DNA of 64,000 nt from Eledone cirrhosa. Taxonomy: Eukaryota. Made by a program: the position numbers and the translations under genes. The notes under the pieces were generated by a model that was given only the letters and a program-made list of their open reading frames with translations, did no database searches and had not been told where the DNA came from. The DNA is taken from assembly GCA_964016885.1 (NCBI GenBank), contig OZ024742.1, forward strand, positions 169,322,001 to 169,386,000, read 5' to 3'. This document shows positions 36,653 to 50,091 of the stretch, piece after piece (positions within the stretch are counted from its first letter, which is position 1; the number at the start of each line of letters is the position of its first letter).

Positions 36653-37569
36653 TGATGATGATGATATATATATGGGAGACATATATAATGAGAGAGAGAT
36701 TATTTCAACAAGATTCCTTGACCTTTGACAGTCACGCTTTGTGGATTACCAAAGACATAATTATAGTATGATTATATAGATGAGAGACAGACAGACAGAG
36801 AGAAAGAGGGAAATATACAGAGACAGATAAACAGACAAACAGATAGATAGACAGACAGATTGACAAAGACAGACAGATAGACAGACAGATTGACAAAGAC
36901 AGACAGATTGACAGGCAGACAGATTGACAGACAGAAGATAGACAGATAGGCAGACCGACAGGCAGATAAAGTCAAAGAGTATTATATATGTATGTGTGTG
37001 TGTAGAGAGAGAGAGGGGGGGGGGGCAAAAGAAGCATAATAGAGAGAAAAGCAAGAGACTAATGGAAGTAATTATTACCATATCATATTTCCTATGACCA
37101 ACTAATTTGTAATTTCTAAACTGAAATAACCCAGCCCTCCTAACACCCATGAAATTAGAACATTCTTTAAGGTCTTCTGTCGCAGTTCATATTACATTTG
37201 TTCACATGCATTTCATTGTTGTGTTTTAAGTTTTTATGTTCTGTTTCCGGTTGCTGTTCCTATTATTATCTTTATATTTTCTAGTTCTATCTATTTCAAC
37301 AAAGTTACAACCTTTAAACAACATCCAAGTAATGTATATTCAATTAATGTTGTCAGTGCTTAGGGTTGTCTCAAAATATTTTATAGAGCAACACCAGTGC
37401 TCCTTTGTGTAACACGTAATTGACAGAATATGCATATATTTCTTTTTTTTATTTTTTTTTTGTCGTTTTTATTCTTATTATAATAAATAACATTTTTAGT
37501 ATCTATTATACACTTCCTCCCACCCGCCAAAAAAATTAAATATATACCTAAATAAAATAAAATGCTTCT

Positions 37570-38071
37570 CTAACCAGTCAACTGTGACTGACCAATCAAC
37601 TGTTACTGACCAATCAATTGTAACTTACCATTCAACTGTGACTCACCAGTCAACTGTAATTGACCAATCAACTATGACTGACCAATCAACTGTTACTGAC
37701 CAGTCAACTGTGACTGACCAATCAATTGTAACTGACCATTCAACTGTGACTCACCAGTCAACTGTAATTGACCAATCAACTATGACTGACCAATCAACTA
37801 TGACTGACCAATCAACTGTTACTGACCATTCAACTGTGACTCACCAGTCAACTGTAATTGACCAATCAACTATGACTGACCAATCAACTGTTACTGACCA
37901 GTCAATTATGACTCACCAGTCAACCATAATTGACCAATCAACTATGACTGACCAATCAACCGTTACTGACCAATCAACTGTAACTGACCATTCAACTGTG
38001 ACTCACCAATCAACTGTAATTGACCAATCAACTGTGACTCACCAATCAACTGTGACTGACCAATCAACTGT
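37570..38071. repeat. 18-bp tandem minisatellite (tgactgaccaatcaactg), about 28 units
   Basis: Indel-free 18-bp period with patterned variants. Confidence 0.95.
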
Positions 38072-38669
38072 AAAAGCAGGCCTATTGCCAAATTTTGGTA
38101 ACTCAGGGGGTATCAGAACATTCTAGGTGGACCCTAAGACAGAGTTTCAGAATAAGCATCTCACCATAAATGTTTATAAATTTGAGGGTACACCATTGAA
38201 AACTGGAGATGGGATGGCAGTGCCATCCAGTGCCCCCACCCTGGTAACAGGTCTGGGTAAAAGAGACTTGCCCTCATTGTGAAGTAAACTTCTTAACCAT
38301 GTAGTCATTCTTGCTATATAAACTACACACAAACACATTAGGGTGCTAACATAAACACATACATATAACCACTGTTTACCTACACTTAGACACATTTGTT
38401 TAACATGTGGATAAATATACTCTCACACACACATGGATTTGTTTAATGTCAGCAAATATATAGCCACTCCCACTCCCACACATACACACACACTCATGCA
38501 CAAGCATACTTACACACACACACTAATACACATATACATGCACGCACACACACACACACACAGCTGATTAATACATTTGAACCCCCCACCTGCTATATGT
38601 CTCTATTTTGGATGACACACTGACACTGTTTGTTTAACATATAACAAAAAAATGTACATATACACACGC

Positions 38670-38885
38670 ATACACAGCAAAGACTGCACACATACACACA
38701 GAGTAAAGACTGCACACATACACAAATGCACACAGCAAAGACTGCACACATACACAAATGCACACAGCAAAGACTGCACACATACACACACAGCAAATAC
38801 TGTACACAGCAAAGACTGCAGACACACACACACATACATGTACACACCAAAGACTATACACACACATACACAGCAATGACTGTAT
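38670..38885. repeat. ~30-bp minisatellite derived from (CA)n
   Basis: Reiterated cacagcaaagactgcacacatacacaaatgca. Confidence 0.85.
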
Positions 38886-39799
38886 GCACATATGTAGACA
38901 CACACACACACACACACAATTGCACAAAAAGGAATACAGAAACATTCAGAGACTACAGATCCCCCATGACAGACACACTCTACATCACACCACATATACG
39001 TCTCCATATCTCTAACCAACATGCCCTTTAGCTCTTTCTCACCTCCAAACTCAGCTATTATTTGCTCTGCACCCATCCTGTGGAGCACTTGATAACTAAT
39101 CAAGGAAAACATATCTCACACCATCCTACAACACAACACTTCAGCACCTACCAATATCAACAAATACCATTTTAACTCCATTCCTCATTTTACACATAAT
39201 ACTTAACCCCTTTGTATTTTATTAGCAATGTGGTAACATTGCTAATAAAATACACACTCTGTTTGTTTCAATTGATTTTGAAAATAATCTAAAATTTAGA
39301 TGAATTTGATAAAATAATATTTTCCATTATCTAGCTGATGTTTGGAACAAAACTTAACAAAAATTTCTTACATTTAAACCTAGCCTCATAATTATATTTA
39401 TGTATGAAGATTTTAAAATAAGCAGTTCTGTATCATAAAACCAAGGCAGTTTCAGGTATGTTGGTATCAAAAGGGTACATACACATTATAGTATATATAG
39501 ACATAAATATTTGCAACCTATACCATCACTACCACAATAATACATACCTGGACAATGTGGGAGAATGCTCTCTGGTGTGTAGAATCCCAGGTGCAAGCTG
39601 CTTCATGGTCTCAGTGGACAAAATGAAGAAAGCATTGCTATGGATGATAGTGAGGGAGATGTGTTGAAACAGCCTTCCCAACATGTGGGGTTTTTTTATT
39701 ACAAATCTCCTGCAGGAAGCAGTCTTCCTTTATCATGCATGAATATCCTGTATCTTAAAAAAACAAACCTGGTGAAGATCCAGGATTCTCTTGCATGAT

Positions 39800-40190
39800 A
39801 AAAGAAGTTTTTCCTCTGCAGCAGAGTTGTAATATTAAGTTTATTGTATTTGAGGCAGAGGTTACAACTATCACCACCAACTATACAGAGAACAATGAAA
39901 GATATCTGAGTATAGTACAAAATCGTTTTAAACAACGATTCTACTCACATGTCTCTTCCTTTAAGCATCCTAAAATGAAAACCAACACAGCCCTGGTGAA
40001 ACAAGTCTGGCAGTTCAAAATAAAATAAAATGGAAGATTCTATAATTGTCCAGACTATATATCAATGGAACAAAGAGATGTTCTCTCTGAGTCGGTGAAA
40101 ATTTCAGAATTTTACAGAGTTTGAACTAAAAAAAATACTAGAGCAGTAAAAATGAGATTTTTAAGGGCTGCAAGAGAAAACTATCATCAT
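39800..40190 (+). mobile_element. Penelope-like element GIY-YIG endonuclease remnant
   Basis: ORF PL...C....IVFEAEV...YLS...FKQRFYSHVSSFKH....T.L...VW..K follows the PLE GIY-YIG pattern; a decayed Y......C.L...E continuation follows. Confidence 0.75.
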
Positions 40191-40691
40191 GAAAGGGCCA
40201 CAAACCAAACAACCAATCCACAAATGTACTACATCCACTATAATTCCAAACATTAACATTTTTATGTATGTGATTCTTTTCTACAGGTCAATTTCTTATG
40301 CTTGTAACTATCTTCCATAACCTACACTACACTAACCACTGGCTCAAATATTTTAACAACAATCCAAACCCACAGAAATTTACACGCAACATCATACTTC
40401 TTTAAAAAAATGGATCAACAGATTTTCTGAGTTACAGCAGTTTTCCCTATGCAACTTTATAATGAAATCTCGTTCAGACATTTTCTCTGCACCTAATAAT
40501 ATGAGCCTAAGTCTTGCACTGCTGCTTCATACATTCTACACCACTGTGTACAGTCTGCAGTTGGTGCCATACCTAAGTCATGAATCCTAAGGTAGTGAAA
40601 AACACATGTTACATGTCTGATTCATAATAATAATAATAATGTTTCTACTTTTGGCACAAGGCCAGTAATTACCCCAGTGCATTACTAGTAC

Positions 40692-40745
<54 letters not shown>

Positions 40746-40998
40746 TGATGCTGACGATAGCTAATAAGCTTGAAACTAGTACATCGTTCCTGTGTCAGTG
40801 TTGAACAAAAAGGCGACGATGGTTGCCTGAACACTGTACGGCGTAATTCGGGCTGTTTGTTTACAAACAAGCCGAACATTATAATAAATGTTCAGTAAAC
40901 CCATACGTACATATATATATGTGTGCATGTATGTATATATATACATACTACTGTACGTCTGTATACATATATGTATGTACGTATACATGCATACTTAC

Positions 40999-41016
40999 AT
41001 TTAAGTATCAGCGGTA
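40999..41016 (-). CDS. Candidate 18-nt microexon
   Basis: tttcatttctcactcttag|TACCGCTGATACTTAAAT|gtaagtat; one open frame (xPLILK). Confidence 0.3.
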
Positions 41017-41543
41017 CTAAGAGTGAGAAATGAAATTTTGTTTCATTCTTTTCCATCTATATATATATCATCATCATTTCATCATCATCATATATAATAT
41101 AAAGATTTACATATACATAAAGTCATAGATATATATGTTGCAACCGGTCACGTTGTGGCTCAATGAAGAATTAATAAATTAAATAATCAGAGCAATATAT
41201 CATAAATCATGTATCCTGATAATTGGATGTCTAAAAATACAGACGAAACCAAGGTAGAGATATAATTACGGTATGTACACATTTGTTCTAAGTTTGAATT
41301 TACACCTAATTGTGTATGGTTGATGGTATATTTAGTCGGTTTCTACATGCTGTTGAAATGTTGGATAAATACTCTATTGGGGTCACCGCGAAGAGGCCAC
41401 TTTCGGTTATTTGTCGGAAATTTCTTCATAGGAGCCTTTATTCTTATAGCCTGGTCTAATTGATTTTTTATATGGTTAATTATGCTAATTGGGAGAGGAA
41501 ATGGTATATATGTTATCTAATAATTCTAAGGACATGATTTATG

Positions 41544-41574
<31 letters not shown>

Positions 41575-42348
41575 CATACAAATATACCCCCCTCCCATCA
41601 CTACCTTCCCAGCCTGGACAAGGATACAACTTTACAACTAGCACCCTACTATTGTAATGGGATGGTACTGGTGCTTCAATAAAATACACCTAGCCCACCC
41701 TGTTAAGTGATAGTGTTGATGCTACAATAAAAAGAACCCTGTTTAATCTGCAAAGTGGTAGAGCTGGCACCATGATGAAATATTCCCTATCCATCCTGTA
41801 AGGTGGTAGAGTTAGTACCACAATAAAATGCTCACAGTAGATGCTTTAAAGTAGTTGACAGTTGTAACAGCATACAGCTGTAGAAACGAAGCTAAGATCA
41901 GAATGTAAGATAAGCAAGTGGTCATTTGTCTGATCTAGACAACACATCTAACCCATGTAAACGGTGATATTGCTAATCTCAACTATAATAAATGAAGGTC
42001 TGCGGGACTGCGTACGGTTTTTTTTTTTTTTATCCCGTTAGTAAAATAAGTTGGATTACTTTGAATAAATAATGAATGTATATTACATAATTTATCTACT
42101 AAATTTCGTAAACAAAAATAATTTCGTAAAAATAAATAATTTAAAATTGACTTCTTTTGAAAGTTGCGCTTCCAGTATATCGTTGCCACCACCACCACCA
42201 CTACCATATATATAGAAAGAGAGAGTGTGGGATGTCAACACTTCCGGTGGCGATCACTTAACTAAACATACTAATTTTCTGTCACTAATTTTCTCCTAAT
42301 GCAGTTTATATATAATATCGTCTTTTTTTTTATGTATCATTAATTACG

Positions 42349-42511
42349 GTAGAGGGTGGGACGCCATGCTTTCCAGCATAGTTACGTCCCTTTACGATCT
42401 GAGTTCAAATCCCACCAAGGTTGACTTTGCCTTTCATCCTTACGGGGTCGATAAAATAAACTACCAGTAATGCACTGGGTAATTGCTGGCCTTGTGCCTA
42501 AAGTAGAAACA
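42349..42511 (+). mobile_element. SINE with a 10-bp TSD
   Basis: Family consensus match; TSD attaattacg. Confidence 0.88.
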
Positions 42512-42859
42512 ATTAATTACGTTACTGATTACATAAGGAAGTGTAACAACGTTTTCGTTCAATTTCTGTTTATATTGTCACTTACGATTTTATTTGATCA
42601 TATCTACATGTATATAATATCAATATACACACTACACATGCTAGTAGAAAACCACCCTAAGAGGGGTTTTTCTGCTAGTGATTGATTATAATGATAATTT
42701 CATTTCTTTGCCACAAGGGCCGAGATGTAGGGGACAATACAAAGACACAAACAGTGGGTGTTTACAATAAGCTTGAGTAAAAGTGCACAATGATTATAGT
42801 GATGATAGTGATATCTACCCACAAATAAATGCCAGTACCTCACTCACTATTAGTAACAT

Positions 42860-43680
42860 AACCATAACTGCCTTTAACATCACCACCCCCATCATTACCA
42901 TTGTCATCATTATCACCACCACCACCACCACCATTGTCATCATTATCACCACCATCACCACCATTGTCATCATTATCACCACTACCACCACCACCACCCC
43001 CATTGTCATCATTATCACCACCACTACCACCACCATTGTCATCATTATCACCACCACTACCACCACCACTGTCATCATCACTACCACCACTATCATCATA
43101 CACCCCCACCCCACCCTACAATTTCCTTTTCCTGTATAGTATGGTAAGGTCAGAAATAATTCATCATAATGGCATCGATTCAGTGTTGTGGGAGATGGGG
43201 GCTAAAGACACACCACCACCACCACCACCACCACCACTACTGCAAGACACACTATCACATCATTACTATCAATATCATCACCCACACCATTTCCACCACC
43301 AACAACATCACCATCACCAATAACAACACCATCATCACCCTCTCCACCACCATCAACAACAACAATAACATCACCTCCACCATCACCATCACCACCACCA
43401 ACAACAATAACATCACCATCATCACCACCAAGAACAACATCACCACTAACAACAACATCACCACCACCAATAACAACAGCAACATCACCACCACCAACAA
43501 CAGCAACATCACCACCACCAACAACAGCAACATCACCGCCAATGACAACAACACCACCACCACCACCATTATCACCACCAACAATATCACCACCATTATC
43601 ACCACCACCACCACTTTCACTACCAACAACATCACCACTACCAATAACACCATCATCACCCTCTCCACCACCATCATTGT
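42860..43680. repeat. (ACC/AAC/ATC) compound low-complexity tracts
   Basis: Includes reiterated accattgtcatcattatcaccacc blocks. Confidence 0.85.
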
Positions 43681-43696
43681 TAAACTAGTGTTATGA

Positions 43697-43920
43697 GGGT
43701 GGTGGTGGATTGGCAGAGTTGATAGAGCATCAGACAAAATTATTTACAGCAGCATTATAACCCTTTACATTCTGAGTTCAAATCCTGCCGAGGTAAACTT
43801 TGCCTTTCATCATTCTGGGGTCGATAAAATAAAGTACCAATAGCATACTGGGGAGGGGGGGTCAATATAATTAATTGACCTTTCCCCACCAACATAAACT
43901 GCTAGCTTAAATTAGAAATT
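43697..43920 (+). mobile_element. tRNA-derived SINE
   Basis: Boxes A and B, and gccgaggtaaactttgcctttcatc. Confidence 0.8.
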
Positions 43921-45109
43921 ATCATTAAGCTGGTGTTAGAAACATAAGGTTATGACATAAAATTAAGATGGAACATTTTTTTTAGATAAACATAAACACT
44001 TAGAATCAGTTTTGTATTATAAAACTAGAGCCAGTTTTGGACAGTTTGATATCAGAAGGTTTAACCATATTACAGGATCCTTCATAAAGCTCCAATTTGC
44101 ATCATCACAGGCTCCACACAGAGGTACAGAGAGAGAAGAAAGCGAGAACAAATACCACAAAGCATTCTATCCAACATTCAAACAACTCTGCCAATTCATC
44201 ATCCTGAAAATGAATCGAAGAGACCCTATATGGTTGTTTGACCTGCTAGAAATACCAATTAAATCTCCCTTAAATCACAACCACACCTTAATATGGTCCT
44301 GGATTCACTACACAAAGGAGGGAAAATGAGTAGGTCAGAGCTAGAATGTCTTTGATCACAGGTCTGTTCAAAAGGCCAGCCCTGAGGGTATACAACATCA
44401 ACTATTACATCATAGAAACAATAAGCCTACCAGGGAAATTGTAGCCATGCTAGAAATTGTAGCCAAATCTCCAACAAATTACACCTTACTATCTAAAAAT
44501 TAGGAAGAACACATTAAACAAAGCAGTGGCAGATGTGTCTATACATACAGGATGGTCACGTTAGATTGTCTCTGATGAACAACAGGAAATTGAAGGGATC
44601 TCAGTCTATTTTGACAATAAGGGTTCCAGTTAATCATTAAACAGAACAGCTTGCTCATGAGATAACATGTAAGTGGCTGGGCATTCCACAGGACCTATAG
44701 ACTTAACATAATTCTTAGGGAGATTCAGCATGACACAGTGTGGGACAATTCTGACCCTTTGAATTATCGGTACAGTTCATCTAATGGGCTTCCAAACAGT
44801 TTCCATCTACTCAATTTCACTCACTAAGCTTGGGTTGAGCCAAAGCTATGATAAAAAATACTTGCCCGTGATTGAACCCTGGAATTCATGATTATGAAGC
44901 AACCTTCTTAACCATTTGGCCAGGCTCTGTCCATGATAAACAATGACAACCAAGACCATTACTGTGACACTATCTTCAGAACATGGTAGGATTTGAACTC
45001 AGAATGTGAAGAGCAATCTCTAAATACCGCATAGTATTTTCTCTGACACTCAACTGGTTATACCAATCTATCACCTTACCCACGCACAAATAATTGTAGT
45101 AGAAATAAC

Positions 45110-45395
45110 ATCTACAGTGCAGATCAGTCCCCTTAGCACACCATCTTGAATGATGTCATCAGAACGAGCTTTAATATGGTTGGTTTCTCATCACAACTGG
45201 AGCCCACTGGCCTCCACTGTTGTGGCAGTAAGTGCCCAAACAGGGGTAACCATTAGAAGAGGATAAATCTCTAATCTAGGATGTCACATGTTGTGACATG
45301 ATCTCTGTTTTAAACCCTGTTGGTTCAGCCCCAATCTCAAGCACTGCCACTCGTTACACAGAGGAGCTGAAGATATCCAAATACCAGGACATTAC
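45110..45395 (+). mobile_element. Old CRE-like endonuclease remnant
   Basis: HTILNDVI...GFSSQLEPTGL...K.P...DVTC and EELKISKYQ parallel the 32.7-33.2 kb element. Confidence 0.7.
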
Positions 45396-46329
45396 AGCAA
45401 TGAAAGAGGCTTCACGAATTTAAACAGAGCACCAGATTGGCAGCTAGGTCTCATCTATTTACAGTTAAAGGTCCTAAATGCAATCGCAAATTCTATTCCG
45501 ATAGTTTCTTCCTTCACACCAATGGAATTCTCTTCCACCTTCTTGCTTTCCTGACCACTACAATTTGCAAAAATTCAAAAGCAACATCAATCAACATCTT
45601 TTTTCTCTTTGAATTATGTTCTCTCAGTTTTGTCTTTATCCCTTCTCATTAAGTGACTTTATTGCCTTGCTTGTGGTGAGCAAACTATAACAATATATAT
45701 ATATATAATATATATTGTTGTAACTTGAGAGGGTCATATATATATATATATAAATGCAGCATCAATCATCATCTCACTCCTTGCATTATGTTCTCTGTCT
45801 TGTCTTTCTCCTTTCTCAGTAACCCCATGCATTTAAGTGGCTTTATTACTTCATTTGGGGTGAGCAAGAAAAAGAAATAGCATCCAAGTTCCCCTTAAAT
45901 CATTACACTGCTCTCTTATAAATGAACAGATTGGATTATGTAGTATTACATACAGTATATTTATAAAATAAAAGACATGTTGGGCATGGCTGGAACATCT
46001 TTGATTAATGATTTACTCAGTCAGGACTGACCTAAGACTAAATAACTAGTTTCTCATACATACTAACACAACTTTTACGAACTCTTTCTTCAATCCTAGC
46101 TTACACACACTCACATACACACTTTTATATATATATACACACACCCACACATATACACACGCTCATACACAAAGTCACACACTTTACATCTCACCACTCC
46201 TCTTTTATAACTGTCTTCTCACTCTACCTTTACCTCTCTCTCTATCTATCTATCTATCTCTCTCCAACCACCACCATCCCCAACATTGATAAATTATTTC
46301 CAAAGTTCTCATTATCGAGTGAAACACTC

Positions 46330-46755
46330 CTAACAACAATAGCAACAACAGCAGCAACAACACCCACAGCAACAGGAACAGTAGCTGCAGCAACAATAGC
46401 AGCAACAACACCCACAGCAACAGGAACAGTAGCTGCAGCAACAACACCCACAGCAACAGGAACAGTAGCTGCAGCAACAATAGCAGCAACAACACCCACA
46501 GCAACAGGAACAGTAGCTGCAGCAACAATAGCAGAAACAACAACCACAGCAACAGGAACAGTAACTGCAGCAACAATAGCAGAAACAACAACCACAGCAA
46601 CAGGAACAGTAACTGCAGCAACGGTAGCTTCAGCAACAACAACAGTAACAGTAGTTGCAGCAACAACAACAAAAACTGTAACAATAGCTGCAACAACAAC
46701 AACTGTAACAGCAGCTGCAGCAACAACAATATCAACAACAACAACAACAACAACC
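46330..46755. repeat. (CAA/CAG)-derived minisatellite with 36-48-bp units
   Basis: Reiterated acccacagcaacaggaacagtagctgcagcaacaa. Confidence 0.9.
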
Positions 46756-46914
46756 CACCAGCCTACCAATAAAGTACCAGTAATGCACTGGATAATTGTT
46801 GGCCTTGTGCCTAAAGTAGAAACAATTATTTTTAAAACTGTCACTTAAAACCAATCCTACTTTTTCTGTACAAAAGTCAGAAAATTATAGTATAAAACGG
46901 TTACTGTTATTAAA

Positions 46915-47330
46915 ATATATTTGGCCTCGTGTCAACTGTTGAGTGGACAGTCATTTGATCCTGAGAGGGTCGTGGGGGGCAACGACCTGAAGGATGCCTT
47001 CCAGGAGGTCCTGTCAGAAGCAACCATCTTCTATTAATCCGGCTTAATCCCGAAGCAGAACCAGCCAAGCTCATGGATATTATCCAACCATCTTGCTTGG
47101 CGTCTACCCATGGATCTCCTGCCAATTGGTTTTACCTGTAAAGTCTGTCTAGTGATTCTTTCTTTAGACATTCTGACCACATGTCCATAATATGGGAGCT
47201 GTGATATCTCAATTCGGAGGAGTAGCAGCTCTACCTAGAGCGACTATCTGATCTACGAAGTCTATCAAGTAACATAACTCCAAAGACCCTTCAGTGGAAT
47301 CCCTTTCAACCACTTGTATTCACAATTATA
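46915..47330 (-). mobile_element. 3' remnant of a third RTE-group LINE
   Basis: Minus translation RRSMGRRQARWLDNI...VASDRTSWK...LPPRP. Confidence 0.6.
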
Positions 47331-47970
47331 TTCCAGTTATGAAAAAAAGATCTATTCTTTGCATCTAGGACTATATTATTCAACATGCTTTTTGATTATT
47401 TAACTCTTAAAGTCCTGTACCACATACAACTACAATAGCAAAACATTTTTGAAAAGTACAAAACAGCACTATACATATAACCATTATCATCATCATCATG
47501 ATTGTTTAACGTCTATTTTCCATGCTTGCAAGAGTTATATACTGACACTAAACTAATCAGGTAACCACAGCTTGCTCATACACTCCATTCTTGGTTTGGT
47601 TTCTCTGGCTGGATGCTCTTCTTAACACTAACCACAATGTGTGAAAGCATTTTATCATGACTCCAATAATACCACCATATGGGGTGGACTGGCTGCTTTT
47701 AGTCGTGGCACCAGCACTATCACCTTAAATGGTGGACTGGGTGCATTTCGTCATGGCACCAGCACTATCACCATACAGAGTTAACTAAGTGTTTTTTGTT
47801 GTGGCAGCAATACGGCCATCTAGCAAGGAAGACTGTATGCTTTTTGTCGTAGCACCAGTACTACCAACTGTGTGTGTGTGTGCATAGGATCCCAATGTAA
47901 ATCGGGAGGTGACCACAGTTAAAAAAGGTACTCAATAAACTATAGTCATATTTATTCTATTATAGAAATG

Positions 47971-48069
47971 ACTTCTACATGCCTAAAACAGTTTCATTTG
48001 TAAGAAATCATCAGGAAAGTCTTACCTGATGATTACTTATGAATGAAACAGTTCTAGTCCTGTAGAAGT
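47971..48069. repeat. 45-bp-arm palindrome with a hammerhead-like core on both strands
   Basis: 47971-48015 pairs with 48025-48069 (about 7 mismatches); each arm reads CTGATGA-N12-GAAAC-N12-GTA. Confidence 0.6.
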
Positions 48070-48073
48070 TTTA

Positions 48074-48127
<54 letters not shown>

Positions 48128-48683
48128 CATTTAACATTCGTTTTCTCAGGATATAGAAGGAAAAGTAGAAAATTATAAAACAATAACTGAGGAATATTTC
48201 CACAAGAAAATTATAAAGATTTATTAATTTGACTAAATGTTTAGAAAATATCTTTTTTATGCAAATATATATATTTATTTTAATGAGTTATAGAAGATTA
48301 TTGATTTTCCAAGATGGGTCTTATTTCTACTCAGTTTTTTCTTCTGGCAGATTATTTTTGCTCCATCATTCATGTACATAAACATTAGATATCTAGTGAA
48401 GCATACTCACATCATTTTATTACAACCTTCACACATGTTCCACATTTAATGCCCATGTTTTGCTAATAAGGAGCATTACAGTTTGTACACAAACATCCTA
48501 TAATCTGCTTCTTACTCAGAGACAGAATCTTAGCATTACTAGCTGAAGTAATAAGCTCTGGAAACATCCCCCCCCCCATGCTTACACTGAGAGCTATGTT
48601 ACAGAATGCCTTGTAACGCAGTTAATTAAGAAACAAGAGAATGTATCCCAAAGTTAAGGTAGTTGGATGGGAGAGGTGGTTGT

Positions 48684-48882
48684 GTCTAGCAGTCAGGGTG
48701 AAGTGTGTAGCAGTCAGGGTGAAGTGTGTAGCAGTCAGTGAGAAGTGTGTAGCAGTCAGGGTGAAGTGTGTAGCAGTCAGTGAGAAGTGTGTAGCAGTCA
48801 GGGTGAAGTGTGTAGCAGTCAGGGTGAAGTGTGTAGCAGTCAGGGTTAAGTGTGTAGCAGTCAGGGTTAAGTGTGTAGCAGT
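48684..48882. repeat. 21-bp minisatellite (gtagcagtcagggtgaagtgt), about 9.5 units, inside a TcMar MITE remnant (about 48630-49010)
   Basis: Flanks match the interior and right TIR of the MITE at 55899-56089. Confidence 0.88.
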
Positions 48883-49777
48883 CGTCATATTTGGGATCAA
48901 TATTTTGATGATTTTCATCAACTTCAAATCCTACATAAATAAGGTTTGGTTTTTTGCCCATTTCTCAAACATAAAATAGTGGAGTCGGCTTATATTCAAG
49001 TAGATACTGTACTTATATGAGTCTATCTATAATACAATTGTACCATTGTTTCATCTTGTTGTCTGGTTTGAAGAGAAAGAGTATGTGTAAATGTGAGTGT
49101 ACGTGTGAGCGAGAGAAAGTGAGAGTATGCGTGTGTGGGAGAGTGTGTGAAAAAGTGTGTCTGCTTCTATGAAAAATAACCTCTCATTTTAAAGGTTTCC
49201 AATTTAAATTAAAATCTTCCAACATAATTTTATATAAGAACCTTACATTAAATTACTAACTAGCTAATGAAATAATAATTTTAGTACATCCCTCGAACTT
49301 CTTCCTTAATCAATTAAAATAGAGTGTATTTCATTAGAAATGTGGTCATGAAAGGATTAATCATATCTATCAATCAATCGAAGGGCACTTAACTCCTAGT
49401 AGACTTATATGGGTGCTGACGTGATATATGTGTTTGGGCTTTTAAACTTGGCAGATCCCATTAACTCTCCAGGTTTGAACACAGCCAATTTCTTCCAGAG
49501 AAAGACAAAGTCATTAGAATTTCAGATAGAATATTTCACAGTATTCATTCTGGCTCTCTGCTCTCTGAGTTCAAATTTTACCATAGTCAATTTTGCTTTA
49601 CATCCTTTTGATGTTAATCAATAAAGTACCAGTCTAATGCTGGGTGTCAATTATTCCTTTGTATATCTTTCTCACAACCTCTCGCTCTAGCTATCTCTCC
49701 TTTTCTGTAAGAAATTTGCTATACTCAGACCTGTAGAGAGACGGACTTTGCCAAGTTTAAAAAGTTCAAGGTATGCC

Positions 49778-49836
<59 letters not shown>

Positions 49837-50091
49837 ATCACCATCACTGTTTTATGTCAGTTTTTCCATGGACCGTTTTTTCCAGCACAGCATCATTCCA
49901 CTCATTCATCAACTTGATGTATCATCATCATCATCATTTAACATCCATTTTCCATGCTAGCATGGGTAGGATGAGCTGTCCCTTTGGGAGAGATCAGGTC
50001 AGAGGACCGTATTTCATTCACACAGGGCTGACTTTGGCTTGGTTTCTAGAGCTGGATGTCTTTCCTAACGTTTGTATATGTATTATATATA

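Noticed and set aside
49390-49775. Second apparent twin-priming inversion, in a SINE
   Set aside because: The plus-strand copy continues through its own tail (49700-49775), which is clearly diverged from the minus-strand tail, so these are two independent copies.
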